In this document: positions 17,442 to 25,955 of the stretch, in pieces | Layout: each line of letters starts with the position of its first letter | Numbering within the stretch: position 1 is the first letter of the stretch | IMG/VR virus record: IMGVR_UViG_3300020445_000001 | Length of the DNA: 64,000 nt | Direction: 5' to 3' (one strand) | From: an uncultured virus (IMG/VR IMGVR_UViG_3300020445_000001) | Taxonomy: Duplodnaviria; Heunggongvirae; Uroviricota; Caudoviricetes | Made by a program: the position numbers and the translations under genes | The notes under the pieces: model-generated | Told to the model about the DNA's origin: nothing | What the model saw: the letters and a program-made list of their open reading frames with translations, nothing else | Databases searched by the model: none

Positions 17442-18348
17442 CAACCACTCTACCCCACATATTTGCGTAGGCGATTGTTTTCACATTGTCATAGTTTGAC
17501 CATTCTGGTATTTCAGAACCATCATCTATAACTCTGTAAAACTTTTTGTCTGGATATTTCTTAAAATTATTTTCGTGTTGTTCTATCCAGTTCATAGGAC
17601 TTACATATTTACAATCAGAAGTAATGTAACAATCTGTGTCTTTATACACATTATTTACTTTACCATCTCTTGGCATATCAAATCCTAACATATAGATGTT
17701 ATCTATATCTTTATTTTCTTCTATTGCAACTCTAACAGCAGTAGGGCCAGAACTCCAACCCATAAATTCACCATCAAAGAAAGTATCTAAATCTTCAGCC
17801 ATATCATTATCATCTACCCAAGTAATCCATAAACCAGCATTACCTAGTTTTTGTCTTACATCACCTTTCGGCAATCCTTTAAACTTTGATAATATTTCTA
17901 ATATCGCATCTTTAAATCTCTCTGGGTCTATTCCGTGACAAACTAATTGTGTTCTAGAACCTTTTTCATTTTGATGTAAAAATTTATCTACTGTATCTAA
18001 ATCTAAACTCTTGAGTTGTTCATTCAGTTGTTCCATACTTGATTGTTCTAATCCAGTATATTGTAACATCTCAAAGAATTGTTCTGGTAACAGTTTCCAT
18101 TGTCTAAAATAACATTTGTTATTAGAACAATAACCAGATGAATATATCTCGTGCATCATAGGCCAATCTGTTGATATTAATCCGTCTGGTTGAAAATCCC
18201 TATAAAGTGCATTGCACCCATATATCTTTCCCCATTGTCTAAATTGTTTTAGGTCATATCCATCTCTGGACTCACCATTACCAAGTACAAATACATTTTT
18301 AGGTTTACTATTATCCACTATAAAATCCAATAAAGATAGTTGTTGCAT
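17437..18348 (-). CDS. hypothetical protein, glycosyltransferase / MptE-like fold
   Basis: VLGNGESR...YGCNALYRDF...IYMLGFD pattern. Confidence 0.6.
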   Translation of the reverse strand: MQQLSLLDFIVDNSKPKNVFVLGNGESRDGYDLKQFRQWGKIYGCNALYRDFQPDGLISTDWPMMHEIYSSGYCSNNKCYFRQWKLLPEQFFEMLQYTGLEQSSMEQLNEQLKSLDLDTVDKFLHQNEKGSRTQLVCHGIDPERFKDAILEILSKFKGLPKGDVRQKLGNAGLWITWVDDNDMAEDLDTFFDGEFMGWSSGPTAVRVAIEENKDIDNIYMLGFDMPRDGKVNNVYKDTDCYITSDCKYVSPMNWIEQHENNFKKYPDKKFYRVIDDGSEIPEWSNYDNVKTIAYANMWGRVVV

Positions 18349-18656
18349 TACTCTGTGTCAGATGGTTTATCATTATAATCACTAGTTTTTTTGAAAGCGT
18401 GAATATTGTCCACTTCGTCAATATCTTCTAGTTCATCATCTAAATCACCAAGAACATCACTATCTTGTTCTATACTAGGTTCTGTTATTGATACTGTAAT
18501 GTCTTCATAACCACAACCTTTAAGAAAATTATTAAACTTTTCTTCTAGTTGTCCTAAATCATTTTCTTCTATTACAACTTCAACTTCAACTCTTTCTTCG
18601 GAGTCAAAATCGTCTTTCATTTCGTTTGTCTTAATAAATGTAAATCTTTGTTCCAC
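18348..18656 (-). CDS. acidic hypothetical protein
   Basis: F..FLKGCGY motif; operon packing. Confidence 0.7.
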   Translation of the reverse strand: MEQRFTFIKTNEMKDDFDSEERVEVEVVIEENDLGQLEEKFNNFLKGCGYEDITVSITEPSIEQDSDVLGDLDDELEDIDEVDNIHAFKKTSDYNDKPSDTE

Positions 18657-18658
18657 AC

Positions 18659-18865
18659 CTATCTCCTAAAGTTTCTTTTATTTTTAATAAAAGCTTGTTT
18701 GTTTACTTCTTTTAATCTATCTCTCAAACTGTCATTATCTTTTTTAAGATATGCACAATCAGATGATAGAAGTTTTATTTTATTTTCCATACCTTCAAAT
18801 TTAGAACGATAAAAATCTCTTTCTCTTACTAAAGATTCGTTAGATTGTTTTTGTTCCATAATCAT
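18659..18865 (-). CDS. small coiled-coil protein
   Basis: ORF with GGAG RBS. Confidence 0.65.
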   Translation of the reverse strand: MIMEQKQSNESLVRERDFYRSKFEGMENKIKLLSSDCAYLKKDNDSLRDRLKEVNKQAFIKNKRNFRR

Positions 18866-18883
18866 ATTTACTCCAAGTTAAAA

Positions 18884-19831
18884 TTAATATTGTATGTGTT
18901 GTAGTTGTTTTGACACTTTTCGTACATAATCATCTCTGACCAAATCACCCTCGTGGATAAACATATCACAAGAACAATATGCACAATTTTTACCTTGCAA
19001 TAAGAAATTCAAAACTGTATGTTTAAAGTTTTTCATATCCTCATTAAAAGGTTTTAATGGTAAAGTATCAATACCATTATTCTCTAAAATCAATATGGAA
19101 TTAGTAATAAAAGAAGATTGATTCTTATGTTCTAATTTCATATGTTTAAGAAACTCAAAATATTTTTGTACATTAACATTGTGTAAACTGTATAAAACTG
19201 AATACACAGTTCCTAATTGATGGTGCAATTCATCTGACTCAAATAGGTCAGCTACATCTGACACCAGACCCTCTGGTGTTATATCATTGATTGCACCTTT
19301 ATCCCACAGAAAGTTCCAATCTCTTTCTAACATATATTCTAATAAATCTTGTAATTTTTGTGGTTCACCATCATCTTTAATATAACTTTTTCTTTTACAC
19401 TTATAATCCATTTTAAAATAATACTGTTTATTTACTGCATCATAATTAATAACTTCTATCACATCAACTGATGACCTTTTAAAACCTCTTGAGTTACCAG
19501 TAATTGTTTTTTCTTTAACACTACAAGCACCAATAAAATCTGGAAAAAATGGTTGATATCTCTCTTGGAATATTCCTACTTTATTCTTCCAATTTTTTCT
19601 ACACACAAGATACCCTAGATAAAATATATTTGTATTCTGTATCATATCAAATTCAGAATCATCTGTAATATCTTTTTCTAGTAATTGATGATGAGAGTAA
19701 GGAATACCTAAACCTTTGTAATAGTGTTCTTTACCTTTCCAGACCCTTCCACCACAATGATTTAAATCATCGTCTATTTCTAATCTGTTTACTTCTGTAC
19801 CTTGTTTATCGTATATTGGTATTATATGCAT
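18884..19831 (-). CDS. hypothetical protein
   Basis: 315 aa ORF with TAATG overlap; C-terminal CxxCxC. Confidence 0.75.
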   Translation of the reverse strand: MHIIPIYDKQGTEVNRLEIDDDLNHCGGRVWKGKEHYYKGLGIPYSHHQLLEKDITDDSEFDMIQNTNIFYLGYLVCRKNWKNKVGIFQERYQPFFPDFIGACSVKEKTITGNSRGFKRSSVDVIEVINYDAVNKQYYFKMDYKCKRKSYIKDDGEPQKLQDLLEYMLERDWNFLWDKGAINDITPEGLVSDVADLFESDELHHQLGTVYSVLYSLHNVNVQKYFEFLKHMKLEHKNQSSFITNSILILENNGIDTLPLKPFNEDMKNFKHTVLNFLLQGKNCAYCSCDMFIHEGDLVRDDYVRKVSKQLQHIQY

Positions 19832-20424
19832 TACTTTTTACTTTTTGTTAAGTTAATGAGTTTCATTTTATACTCTGTTTCGTTAATTGTCAATAGTGAA
19901 TTGTAATTATTTAATTTGTTTCTATGATTAGGCCAGATAATGTTTTCACTTATTTGTTTATCCCAATCCTTTTGATAGTTTACTAACTTGTTTAATATAA
20001 TCATTGTTTCTATATTGATTCTTTGTGATAAATAATTTCTAAACAATATTGGGTGTTGTCCGTTTTCAACAGTAAATAATTTATTAAAATCTGTAACTTG
20101 ATTTAACAACAAGTTCATATCTTGTTCAAACATATATCTTAATGATTGATGTCTTTTTTTCCAATCTGTAAAGTTTCTATCATTGAACTCTCCAATGTAT
20201 CCTTTTTCATTTCTTAAAAAATTAGAAACAAAAAAGTCTTGAGTTTCATCACCATACTTTCTTGCAACTTTACCAAAAAAGTGTTTGTCTTTTCTTTTTA
20301 AATAACTTGATTTACTAGCTCTGGTTTTACCACCATACTTTGTAAAGTCATAGTCTGAGTTGAAGTGTGCTTTCAGACCCATATAAATTTTAAATGCATT
20401 AAAGGCGTCCATAATATGAATCAT
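19831..20424 (-). CDS. gp59: helicase loader gp59
   Basis: Y..LK.HF..YDF.KY.GK...RKDK.FF motif; next to gp33. Confidence 0.9.
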   Translation of the reverse strand: MIHIMDAFNAFKIYMGLKAHFNSDYDFTKYGGKTRASKSSYLKRKDKHFFGKVARKYGDETQDFFVSNFLRNEKGYIGEFNDRNFTDWKKRHQSLRYMFEQDMNLLLNQVTDFNKLFTVENGQHPILFRNYLSQRINIETMIILNKLVNYQKDWDKQISENIIWPNHRNKLNNYNSLLTINETEYKMKLINLTKSKK

Positions 20425-20630
20425 ACTGGTAGTTTACCCATTTTAGGTAAAAAGTTTAAATCTCTTGCGTTTGCTTCTATTTTATCTTTAAGTGGTTTTT
20501 GGATTAGACCAGTTATACTATCTGGTTCTACTTCGTTCTTGGTACAATATTCTAATATTGCATCCATATGTGATATGTTTTTCTCTCTGACTTGAGATTC
20601 TATGTATATTGAAAATGTTTTTGGTGTCAT
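20421..20630 (-). CDS. gp33: late transcription coactivator gp33
   Basis: FS..IE...MDAILEYC...LKDKIE..A..LNFL. Confidence 0.9.
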   Translation of the reverse strand: MTPKTFSIYIESQVREKNISHMDAILEYCTKNEVEPDSITGLIQKPLKDKIEANARDLNFLPKMGKLPV

Positions 20631-20658
20631 AATGTATTCACAATCTAATAAAAATTAA

Positions 20659-20702
20659 TAAAAAAGGGTGGGTTCAAACCTCAAGGGTATTATACCCCAC
20701 CC
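20659..20702 (-). terminator. probable terminator after pqqA
   Basis: GGGTGGG...CCCACCC stem followed by TTTTTT on the minus strand. Confidence 0.65.
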
Positions 20703-20715
20703 AATTTCTGCGAAA

Positions 20716-20793
20716 TTACTTCTCAGCGCAAGCGTAAGAATTAATTTCAAGACCTACTGAAATTTCAGTAATAGTTGGTTTTGACCAAGCCAT
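20716..20793 (-). CDS. pqqA: pyrroloquinoline quinone precursor peptide PqqA (25 aa)
   Basis: MAWSKPTITEISVGLEINSYACAEK with W.KP...G.E-I-N-S-Y (ExxxY); AGGAG RBS. Confidence 0.92.
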   Translation of the reverse strand: MAWSKPTITEISVGLEINSYACAEK

Positions 20794-20816
20794 AGTTATT
20801 CTCCTAACTAGTATTG

Positions 20817-20848
20817 GAGTGCTGGTTGCCTTGGGCCGCAGACCACTC
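20817..20848 (-). other. GC-rich RNA hairpin in the pqqA leader
   Basis: GAGUG...CACUC closing stem with inner CUG/CAG and GCC/GGC pairs. Confidence 0.55.
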
Positions 20849-20858
20849 ATTATTAAAT

Positions 20859-21104
20859 GGTGAGTATTCTGTTACTAGGAACTCACCGAACCCTATCAGA
20901 TTAAGCAGCTAGTGCGAAATCTTGAAATGCAAAGTTATCGTTTGCGTTTATCGTTTTGACCTATAAGGAAGTCAACCCATACTCTCCAACAACCCTTTAA
21001 CATCTGTCTACCCTATTTCACCCCCTCATTAGAGGCTTTTTGGTGGAGGTGGAGGGTACTGCCCCCTCGTCCAGTCTATCTCAAAGTCGTCTTCGTCAAG
21101 TATC
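20859..21104 (-). ncRNA. ssrA: circularly permuted two-piece tmRNA (alphaproteobacterial type)
   Basis: Acceptor piece ending CACCTCCACCA (3' end at 21041) precedes a 15 nt spacer and the coding piece starting GGGGGTG (21025); G3:U70 pair; tag ORF 20945-20901 reads ANDNFAFQDFALAA*; outer boundaries approximate. Confidence 0.93.
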
Positions 21105-21109
21105 CTTTA

Positions 21110-21117
21110 TATCTATA
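21110..21117 (-). promoter_or_regulatory. late-promoter variant TATAGATA upstream of the tmRNA
   Basis: One mismatch to TATAAATA at the expected position. Confidence 0.5.
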
Positions 21118-21158
21118 AATTACATTTCTGTAAGTTATATGAACAAACTGTTAATTTG

Positions 21159-21845
21159 TCATTTACCAGTCTCTACAGTATTATAATATAGATTTAACTC
21201 TTTGTCAAGTAGATGCAAATATTTATGTTTATCTTTTACAAACTCTTGAACTGTACCGTCTTCTGTAACCACTAATATAACTATCTGGTTTATCTCTTGT
21301 GATGTTCTTTCTTGATACATCTCTGCATATGCAGAGGCTTGTATATAATAGTTCTCATTCCAATTATCTTCTCGTTCTTTGGTACTTGTTTTGAAATCAA
21401 TTACAGACAACTCTCCGTTCCACTCTGCAATACAATCAACCCTACCAGCAATCTTATAAAAGTCGTGCCATAATGCTCTTTCTTGACAATGTATCAATCC
21501 AATTCTTTTATCTAAATATGGTTTTAGTTGTGAGAACAAACAATAAGATAGAAATCTACCTTTTTTATATTCATTCCAATCTTTGTTCTCATAACCATTG
21601 TCTAAATACTTTTCACAATAATGATGTACTTGAGTTCCTCTTGTTGCAGATTTTCTTGAAACATAAGTTGCAACATCCTCACCAACTCTTTTTCTCCACT
21701 CAAATAAACCTTCTTTACCTCTGTTTTTTAAAACAGTAGTAATAGATGGATAAAACTTACCTTCTGGTGTTTCGTATAACCTTATACCATCAGAAGTCTT
21801 AGCACTTATGTCTGGTATATCTAAATTATTTTTGTGTTGGAACAT
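21159..21845 (-). CDS. PD-(D/E)XK exonuclease (Cas4/RecB-like); start probably MFQHK
   Basis: YPSITTVL, RGT.VH, AGRVDC..IDFKTS and Y.Q..AY motifs. Confidence 0.9.
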   Translation of the reverse strand: MFQHKNNLDIPDISAKTSDGIRLYETPEGKFYPSITTVLKNRGKEGLFEWRKRVGEDVATYVSRKSATRGTQVHHYCEKYLDNGYENKDWNEYKKGRFLSYCLFSQLKPYLDKRIGLIHCQERALWHDFYKIAGRVDCIAEWNGELSVIDFKTSTKEREDNWNENYYIQASAYAEMYQERTSQEINQIVILVVTEDGTVQEFVKDKHKYLHLLDKELNLYYNTVETGK

Positions 21846-21930
21846 TCTTTTTCTTATATTCATCTGGTACTTTTCCATAACCTACAACTCTATCCCATTC
21901 TCTTTGAGTATAACCTTTTTTATCTAACAT
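21826..21930 (-). CDS. small hypothetical protein (34 aa, MLDKKGYTQREWDRVVG...)
   Basis: Hand-translated; fills the gap with overlaps on both sides. Confidence 0.55.
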   Translation of the reverse strand: MLDKKGYTQREWDRVVGYGKVPDEYKKKNVPTQK

Positions 21931-22463
21931 TTTCTATTAATTCCATTATAAGCTATTGATATTCTTTTTTCTTTAGTGTCACCTATGTAATGTTGTAACA
22001 TAGAATTAAAAACTATTAGATGTCCAGTTCTAGCATTAAATTTATAATAATCACTATTATATTCATTAAACTCGTCTATCATATCATTAGATTGATGAGA
22101 TATTAATGATTGCATAGGATTTAAAAATGAAATGTGACCGTCTGTTGCCAAAGGATAATATACAGCAGATATAAAAGATTCTCTGTGATTATGTGGTTCT
22201 GTTATTAAATCATCATTATTAACATTTGACCAAGCTTGTGATACTACCATATTATATTTGTCATTATATATTTTACTATAATACTCATTCATTTTTATTT
22301 TTACAACATTATTTAATTCTGTAAATATATTATTAGTGAGTATATCTTTATTTTCTTTCACACCATTTCTGATTGAATTTTTTTCTGAATAGTTAATAAT
22401 TGATTCATTATCTATACCTTCTAATTTAAATGTTTCTATGCCTGTTGAAAATATATTTTGCAT
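21924..22463 (-). CDS. 2OG-Fe(II) oxygenase (TIGR02466-like)
   Basis: W.N...PHNH..ISAVYY...FNS.LQH...RISIAYN. Confidence 0.85.
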   Translation of the reverse strand: MQNIFSTGIETFKLEGIDNESIINYSEKNSIRNGVKENKDILTNNIFTELNNVVKIKMNEYYSKIYNDKYNMVVSQAWSNVNNDDLITEPHNHRESFISAVYYPLATDGHISFLNPMQSLISHQSNDMIDEFNEYNSDYYKFNARTGHLIVFNSMLQHYIGDTKEKRISIAYNGINRKC

Positions 22464-22472
22464 TGTAAGTAA

Positions 22473-22943
22473 TTATACATTTAATCCTTTTGTGTATACT
22501 ACTTTACCATTTATTTTACTTGCTGTCAATACCGATTTTCTATTTTTTCCATCTTCATTATAAGATATATGAATCCACCCACTTCTAGGGTCGCCTGGTG
22601 TATAGAACTCTAAAATGAGCTGGTCAAAATCTAGATTGTTTTCTATCCACATAGCCACATCTGCATTACTTTCTTTTAAACACTCAAGGTCAACCGCCTG
22701 ACCTTTACAATGTTGTGACCTTGATGAACCACCTATCTTTGCATTTAAATCTGGACTTCTATACCCAGATGTAATGAGTGTTATACCAAACTTTTCTCTT
22801 ATTGGTTGTACAACATTTGCAAATAACTTTTTTGCATTTTGTAAATGTTCTTCACTTAATGAATTATCTATTCCGTGTCGTGTTGCAGTTTGTGATTTAA
22901 TATATTCTGCAACTGTAAAATTTGCACTTAATTTTTCAGACAT
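22473..22943 (-). CDS. peptidase M15A (Zn D-Ala-D-Ala carboxypeptidase fold, candidate endolysin)
   Basis: SGYRS..LN..IGGS..SQH..GQAVD...WIHISY. Confidence 0.9.
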   Translation of the reverse strand: MSEKLSANFTVAEYIKSQTATRHGIDNSLSEEHLQNAKKLFANVVQPIREKFGITLITSGYRSPDLNAKIGGSSRSQHCKGQAVDLECLKESNADVAMWIENNLDFDQLILEFYTPGDPRSGWIHISYNEDGKNRKSVLTASKINGKVVYTKGLNV

Positions 22944-22952
22944 ATTTTCTCC

Positions 22953-23522
22953 TTAAAAATTTACCTTGTAACTCACACCTATTGCATTATATTGACTATC
23001 ACCTCTTTTAAATTTACTTCCGATACCTATACTATTATTCTTATCAAGGTTATAAGATATCTCTGCCTTATATGTAGTGTCTGATTGTTCGTATATAGAA
23101 TCAAAACTATCTCTGAATCTTACACCACCTTTAATACTCCAGACATCATTTAATTTATATTTTAGACCAGGCTCTATGTGCCAGTATTCGTGACTTTTAT
23201 CTCTAGTGAACTTATATCCAGCACCACCTCGTATGTACATACTAAGTTTACCATAAACTTTTTTAGAACTTATCAATGCAAATTCTGCTCTCTGGTCATT
23301 ACTGGTAGAACTATCTTTTACTTTTAATCTTGTTTTTATTTCAGCAGAGAATACATCATTTAGTTTCTTACCAACAGTAAGTCCATACTCTGATGCATTT
23401 TTACCACCATTCAATCCGTCTTGTAAACCATAACCAAATTTTGCATAATAACCATCTGCACTTACAGTAATAGGTAATGCAACAATACTTGCAATCATCA
23501 AATATTTTTTCATTATTGACAA
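22953..23522 (-). CDS. outer-membrane beta-barrel porin-like protein
   Basis: Signal peptide, alternating amphipathic beta strands, C-terminal GVSYKVNF (Bam signal). Confidence 0.85.
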   Translation of the reverse strand: MSIMKKYLMIASIVALPITVSADGYYAKFGYGLQDGLNGGKNASEYGLTVGKKLNDVFSAEIKTRLKVKDSSTSNDQRAEFALISSKKVYGKLSMYIRGGAGYKFTRDKSHEYWHIEPGLKYKLNDVWSIKGGVRFRDSFDSIYEQSDTTYKAEISYNLDKNNSIGIGSKFKRGDSQYNAIGVSYKVNF

Positions 23523-23725
23523 CTTCCCTCTGGGTGTTCACCATTTTCTTCTGGTGATTTTCCGTGTTTTAAATAATAATCTCTAGCCTTACGAATATTT
23601 ACACCGTGATGATTTTCCATATTACACCATTTTTTAATGTATTCATTTTCTGGTTCAAGTCTTAATACTTCTTTCACTAATGTTTCTTGTATTCTCCAAT
23701 CCCATCTTTGTTTTGTACTTTGCAT
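23513..23725 (-). CDS. hypothetical protein
   Basis: ORF with AGGAG RBS. Confidence 0.6.
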   Translation of the reverse strand: MQSTKQRWDWRIQETLVKEVLRLEPENEYIKKWCNMENHHGVNIRKARDYYLKHGKSPEENGEHPEGSCQ

Positions 23726-23728
23726 AAT

Positions 23729-24433
23729 TTACTCTCCTAGACCAAGTTTTGTTTTTTCTATTAAATAATTACGAACAAAACCAGAACGAACAATATCACC
23801 TATTGTAAATTCTACTGTTTCAAATTCTTTCATTTGTTCTAATATTCTCATAAAATCTTGTAGTCCTTCTTTTTCACTCATCTTGGTTAAATCTGATTGA
23901 AAGAAATCACCACAAAATATAATTTTACTATCTTGACCAACTCTTGTAACAATCGTATCTAATTCGTGAAAGTTACAGTTCTGAGATTCGTCAACAATTA
24001 CGACAGCATTATCTAATGTTATACCACGAAGATATGAAGTTGTCAAGAAGGTAACACTACCTTGATTCTTTAATCTGTCGTATAACATACTAAATGCATT
24101 ATCACTTGATTGTTCAAACATAAACTGAACCATATTATGATATGGTACTTGATACAATGCAGACTTATCTTCTTCATCACCAGGCAGAAACCCCATATCT
24201 CTTGTTGGAACAACTGAACGAATAATGATAACATTTTCGTACTTAGTTTTTGGGTCTAATACTTGCTCTAATGCAAGATACATTGATATAAAAGTTTTTC
24301 CAGTACCAGCTGCACCAAACAAAAACAAATTCTTATTGTCTTTTCTCCAGGCATTAAAGACTACCTTTTGATTATCTGTAATTGGTTTTACAGTAACTAA
24401 ATTATCTAATTTAATGTCTTGTTTTTTACTCAT
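23729..24433 (-). CDS. phoH: PhoH family ATPase
   Basis: GAAGTGKT, GFLPG, RGITL, VDESQN and GD..QSDL motifs. Confidence 0.96.
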   Translation of the reverse strand: MSKKQDIKLDNLVTVKPITDNQKVVFNAWRKDNKNLFLFGAAGTGKTFISMYLALEQVLDPKTKYENVIIIRSVVPTRDMGFLPGDEEDKSALYQVPYHNMVQFMFEQSSDNAFSMLYDRLKNQGSVTFLTTSYLRGITLDNAVVIVDESQNCNFHELDTIVTRVGQDSKIIFCGDFFQSDLTKMSEKEGLQDFMRILEQMKEFETVEFTIGDIVRSGFVRNYLIEKTKLGLGE

Positions 24434-25151
24434 AACTTTCCTCGTAATTATTTCCTAAATTATCAGTATATACTATTTTTTCTATATCACCACTAAACAA
24501 AATAAAGTAATGATTTTGTGATATACCGATTGTTCCCTCATATGAGAATATACCTTTACTTGTTTTAACAACAACAGAGTCAATATAATCTGCTGGTATT
24601 TCTGTTCTAGTTAATTGATCAAATTGTAGTCCAGAATAGTTTGGGTGATTGAATTGAATTTTCTTTTTATCAAAATGTAATTTATCATCAATAATATCTA
24701 CTCTATCTTTTGGTACACTACTATCAACTATTGGTGTTGCAGAACAACCACCAGCTGCCTTAATATACTTTCTATTATAAAATAAATTACCATCTATATC
24801 TTCTGCAACAACAGTTAAGTGTGTGTATGCATTTACTCTTATATTAGTTTCAATATACGGTAATAAACCTACAAATTCAAATGTTGCACAACAAGGTGTT
24901 GGATTCTCGTCTATAATTAAAGTAAATTTAATTAAGTCTTTTGACTTTGTTGTGATAACAATAGGAACATCACCACCATCTATTGCACGATAAGGTGATT
25001 TAATGATTATATCATCAGTTTGTTCTAAAAACTGTTCTTCATATAAATCATCTTTTAACCATTCATTCCAACTATCAGATGTAGAAAATTTAGGTATCAA
25101 CAATATTATACCAAGTATTATTAAACTAAGTGCGATTTTTGTGTTTGTCAT
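24426..25151 (-). CDS. quinoprotein dehydrogenase-associated SoxYZ-like carrier (fused SoxY-SoxZ, exported)
   Basis: Signal peptide; IIDENPTP, IRVNAYT..V.AE, KAAGGCSA, HPNYSGLQFDQLT..IPA.YI and ISQN motifs. Confidence 0.85.
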   Translation of the reverse strand: MTNTKIALSLIILGIILLIPKFSTSDSWNEWLKDDLYEEQFLEQTDDIIIKSPYRAIDGGDVPIVITTKSKDLIKFTLIIDENPTPCCATFEFVGLLPYIETNIRVNAYTHLTVVAEDIDGNLFYNRKYIKAAGGCSATPIVDSSVPKDRVDIIDDKLHFDKKKIQFNHPNYSGLQFDQLTRTEIPADYIDSVVVKTSKGIFSYEGTIGISQNHYFILFSGDIEKIVYTDNLGNNYEESYE

Positions 25152-25425
25152 ATGCTCTTTTTGCTTTTAATTTTCTGATAGTTTTTTTACCATATCTATC
25201 TGCGAGTGGGCTAGTAGGGTGTTTTTCTGCAATCTTACTAAACACCTCTCTCATTCCAGAATCACCTTTTTCACTTTTAGTAACACCAGCAACAACATTC
25301 ATATTTAAATAATCTGCTGGTTCAATGTTAGGATTGTCTTTTAAATACTCAACTTTTTCTTCATAAGACATAAATTCGTCAAAATATTTATCTTCTTTTT
25401 TATTGTAAAAATCATATCTAGGCAT
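25126..25425 (-). CDS. FmdB-like regulatory / conserved phage protein
   Basis: MPRYDF.N...YL..NP...KIAEKHP.S pattern; usual neighbour of phoH in T4-like phages. Confidence 0.7.
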   Translation of the reverse strand: MPRYDFYNKKEDKYFDEFMSYEEKVEYLKDNPNIEPADYLNMNVVAGVTKSEKGDSGMREVFSKIAEKHPTSPLADRYGKKTIRKLKAKRAYDKHKNRT

Positions 25426-25596
25426 TTAATCTAACTTCTTATCAATATCTAATCTCAAGTCAAGAATTCTTTCTTCTATATAATTGATTGCAGTATTAAC
25501 ATAACCCATATCTTCTGGGCCGTGTTCTTCTACAAACTTTTTTGCAATATATACTTCATCTTGAAGTATCATAAGCCTATCAAGTTTACTTGTCAT
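25426..25596 (-). CDS. small hypothetical protein (56 aa, MTSKLDRLMILQDE...)
   Basis: Hand-translated; AAGGAG RBS. Confidence 0.7.
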   Translation of the reverse strand: MTSKLDRLMILQDEVYIAKKFVEEHGPEDMGYVNTAINYIEERILDLRLDIDKKLD

Positions 25597-25600
25597 AATA

Positions 25601-25732
25601 TTATCTCCTTAGTTTTTTTTTATAATTTTTAATTTCACCTTTAAACTCTTTTAGTATTGTAAACATATCTATTGTTTGCATTACAAACATACCAAAAAAG
25701 AAGCCAGTAAAAAATAGTAATAATTCACCCAT
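25601..25732 (-). CDS. small membrane protein (43 aa, MGELLLFFTGFFFG...)
   Basis: Hand-translated; single TM. Confidence 0.55.
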   Translation of the reverse strand: MGELLLFFTGFFFGMFVMQTIDMFTILKEFKGEIKNYKKKLRR

Positions 25733-25955
25733 TTTTTCTCTCCAATTCTTCTATAAGTTCTTTAACTCTAATTTGTAAATCGTGTATTTGTTTTTGCATT
25801 TGTGCAATTTCAAACTGATACAATTCATCTTTATTTAGCCAATTTCTCTTTAACTCTTCTCTTTTTCTTTTCACCTTTTCACTCTCTAAATATTCTAAGT
25901 CATCTTTAACAATGTGTTCATTTATCATATCCCAATATCCTTTTCTTGAAACCAT
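25725..25955 (-). CDS. small coiled-coil protein
   Basis: ORF in operon. Confidence 0.6.
   Translation of the reverse strand: MVSRKGYWDMINEHIVKDDLEYLESEKVKRKREELKRNWLNKDELYQFEIAQMQKQIHDLQIRVKELIEELERKNG

Noticed and set aside
21025..21075. tRNA-Ala-like 3' end with CCA
   Set aside because: There is no anticodon arm and the 5' strand of the acceptor stem lies downstream; it is the tRNA-like domain of the permuted tmRNA
21159..21878. Cas4-like nuclease suggesting a CRISPR-Cas locus
   Set aside because: No repeat-spacer array or other cas genes seen; standalone exonucleases of this type are common in T4-like phages
24426..25151. SoxYZ as evidence of thiosulfate oxidation
   Set aside because: The fused architecture and motifs fit the quinoprotein-associated family better; no other sox genes are present and pqqA is nearby
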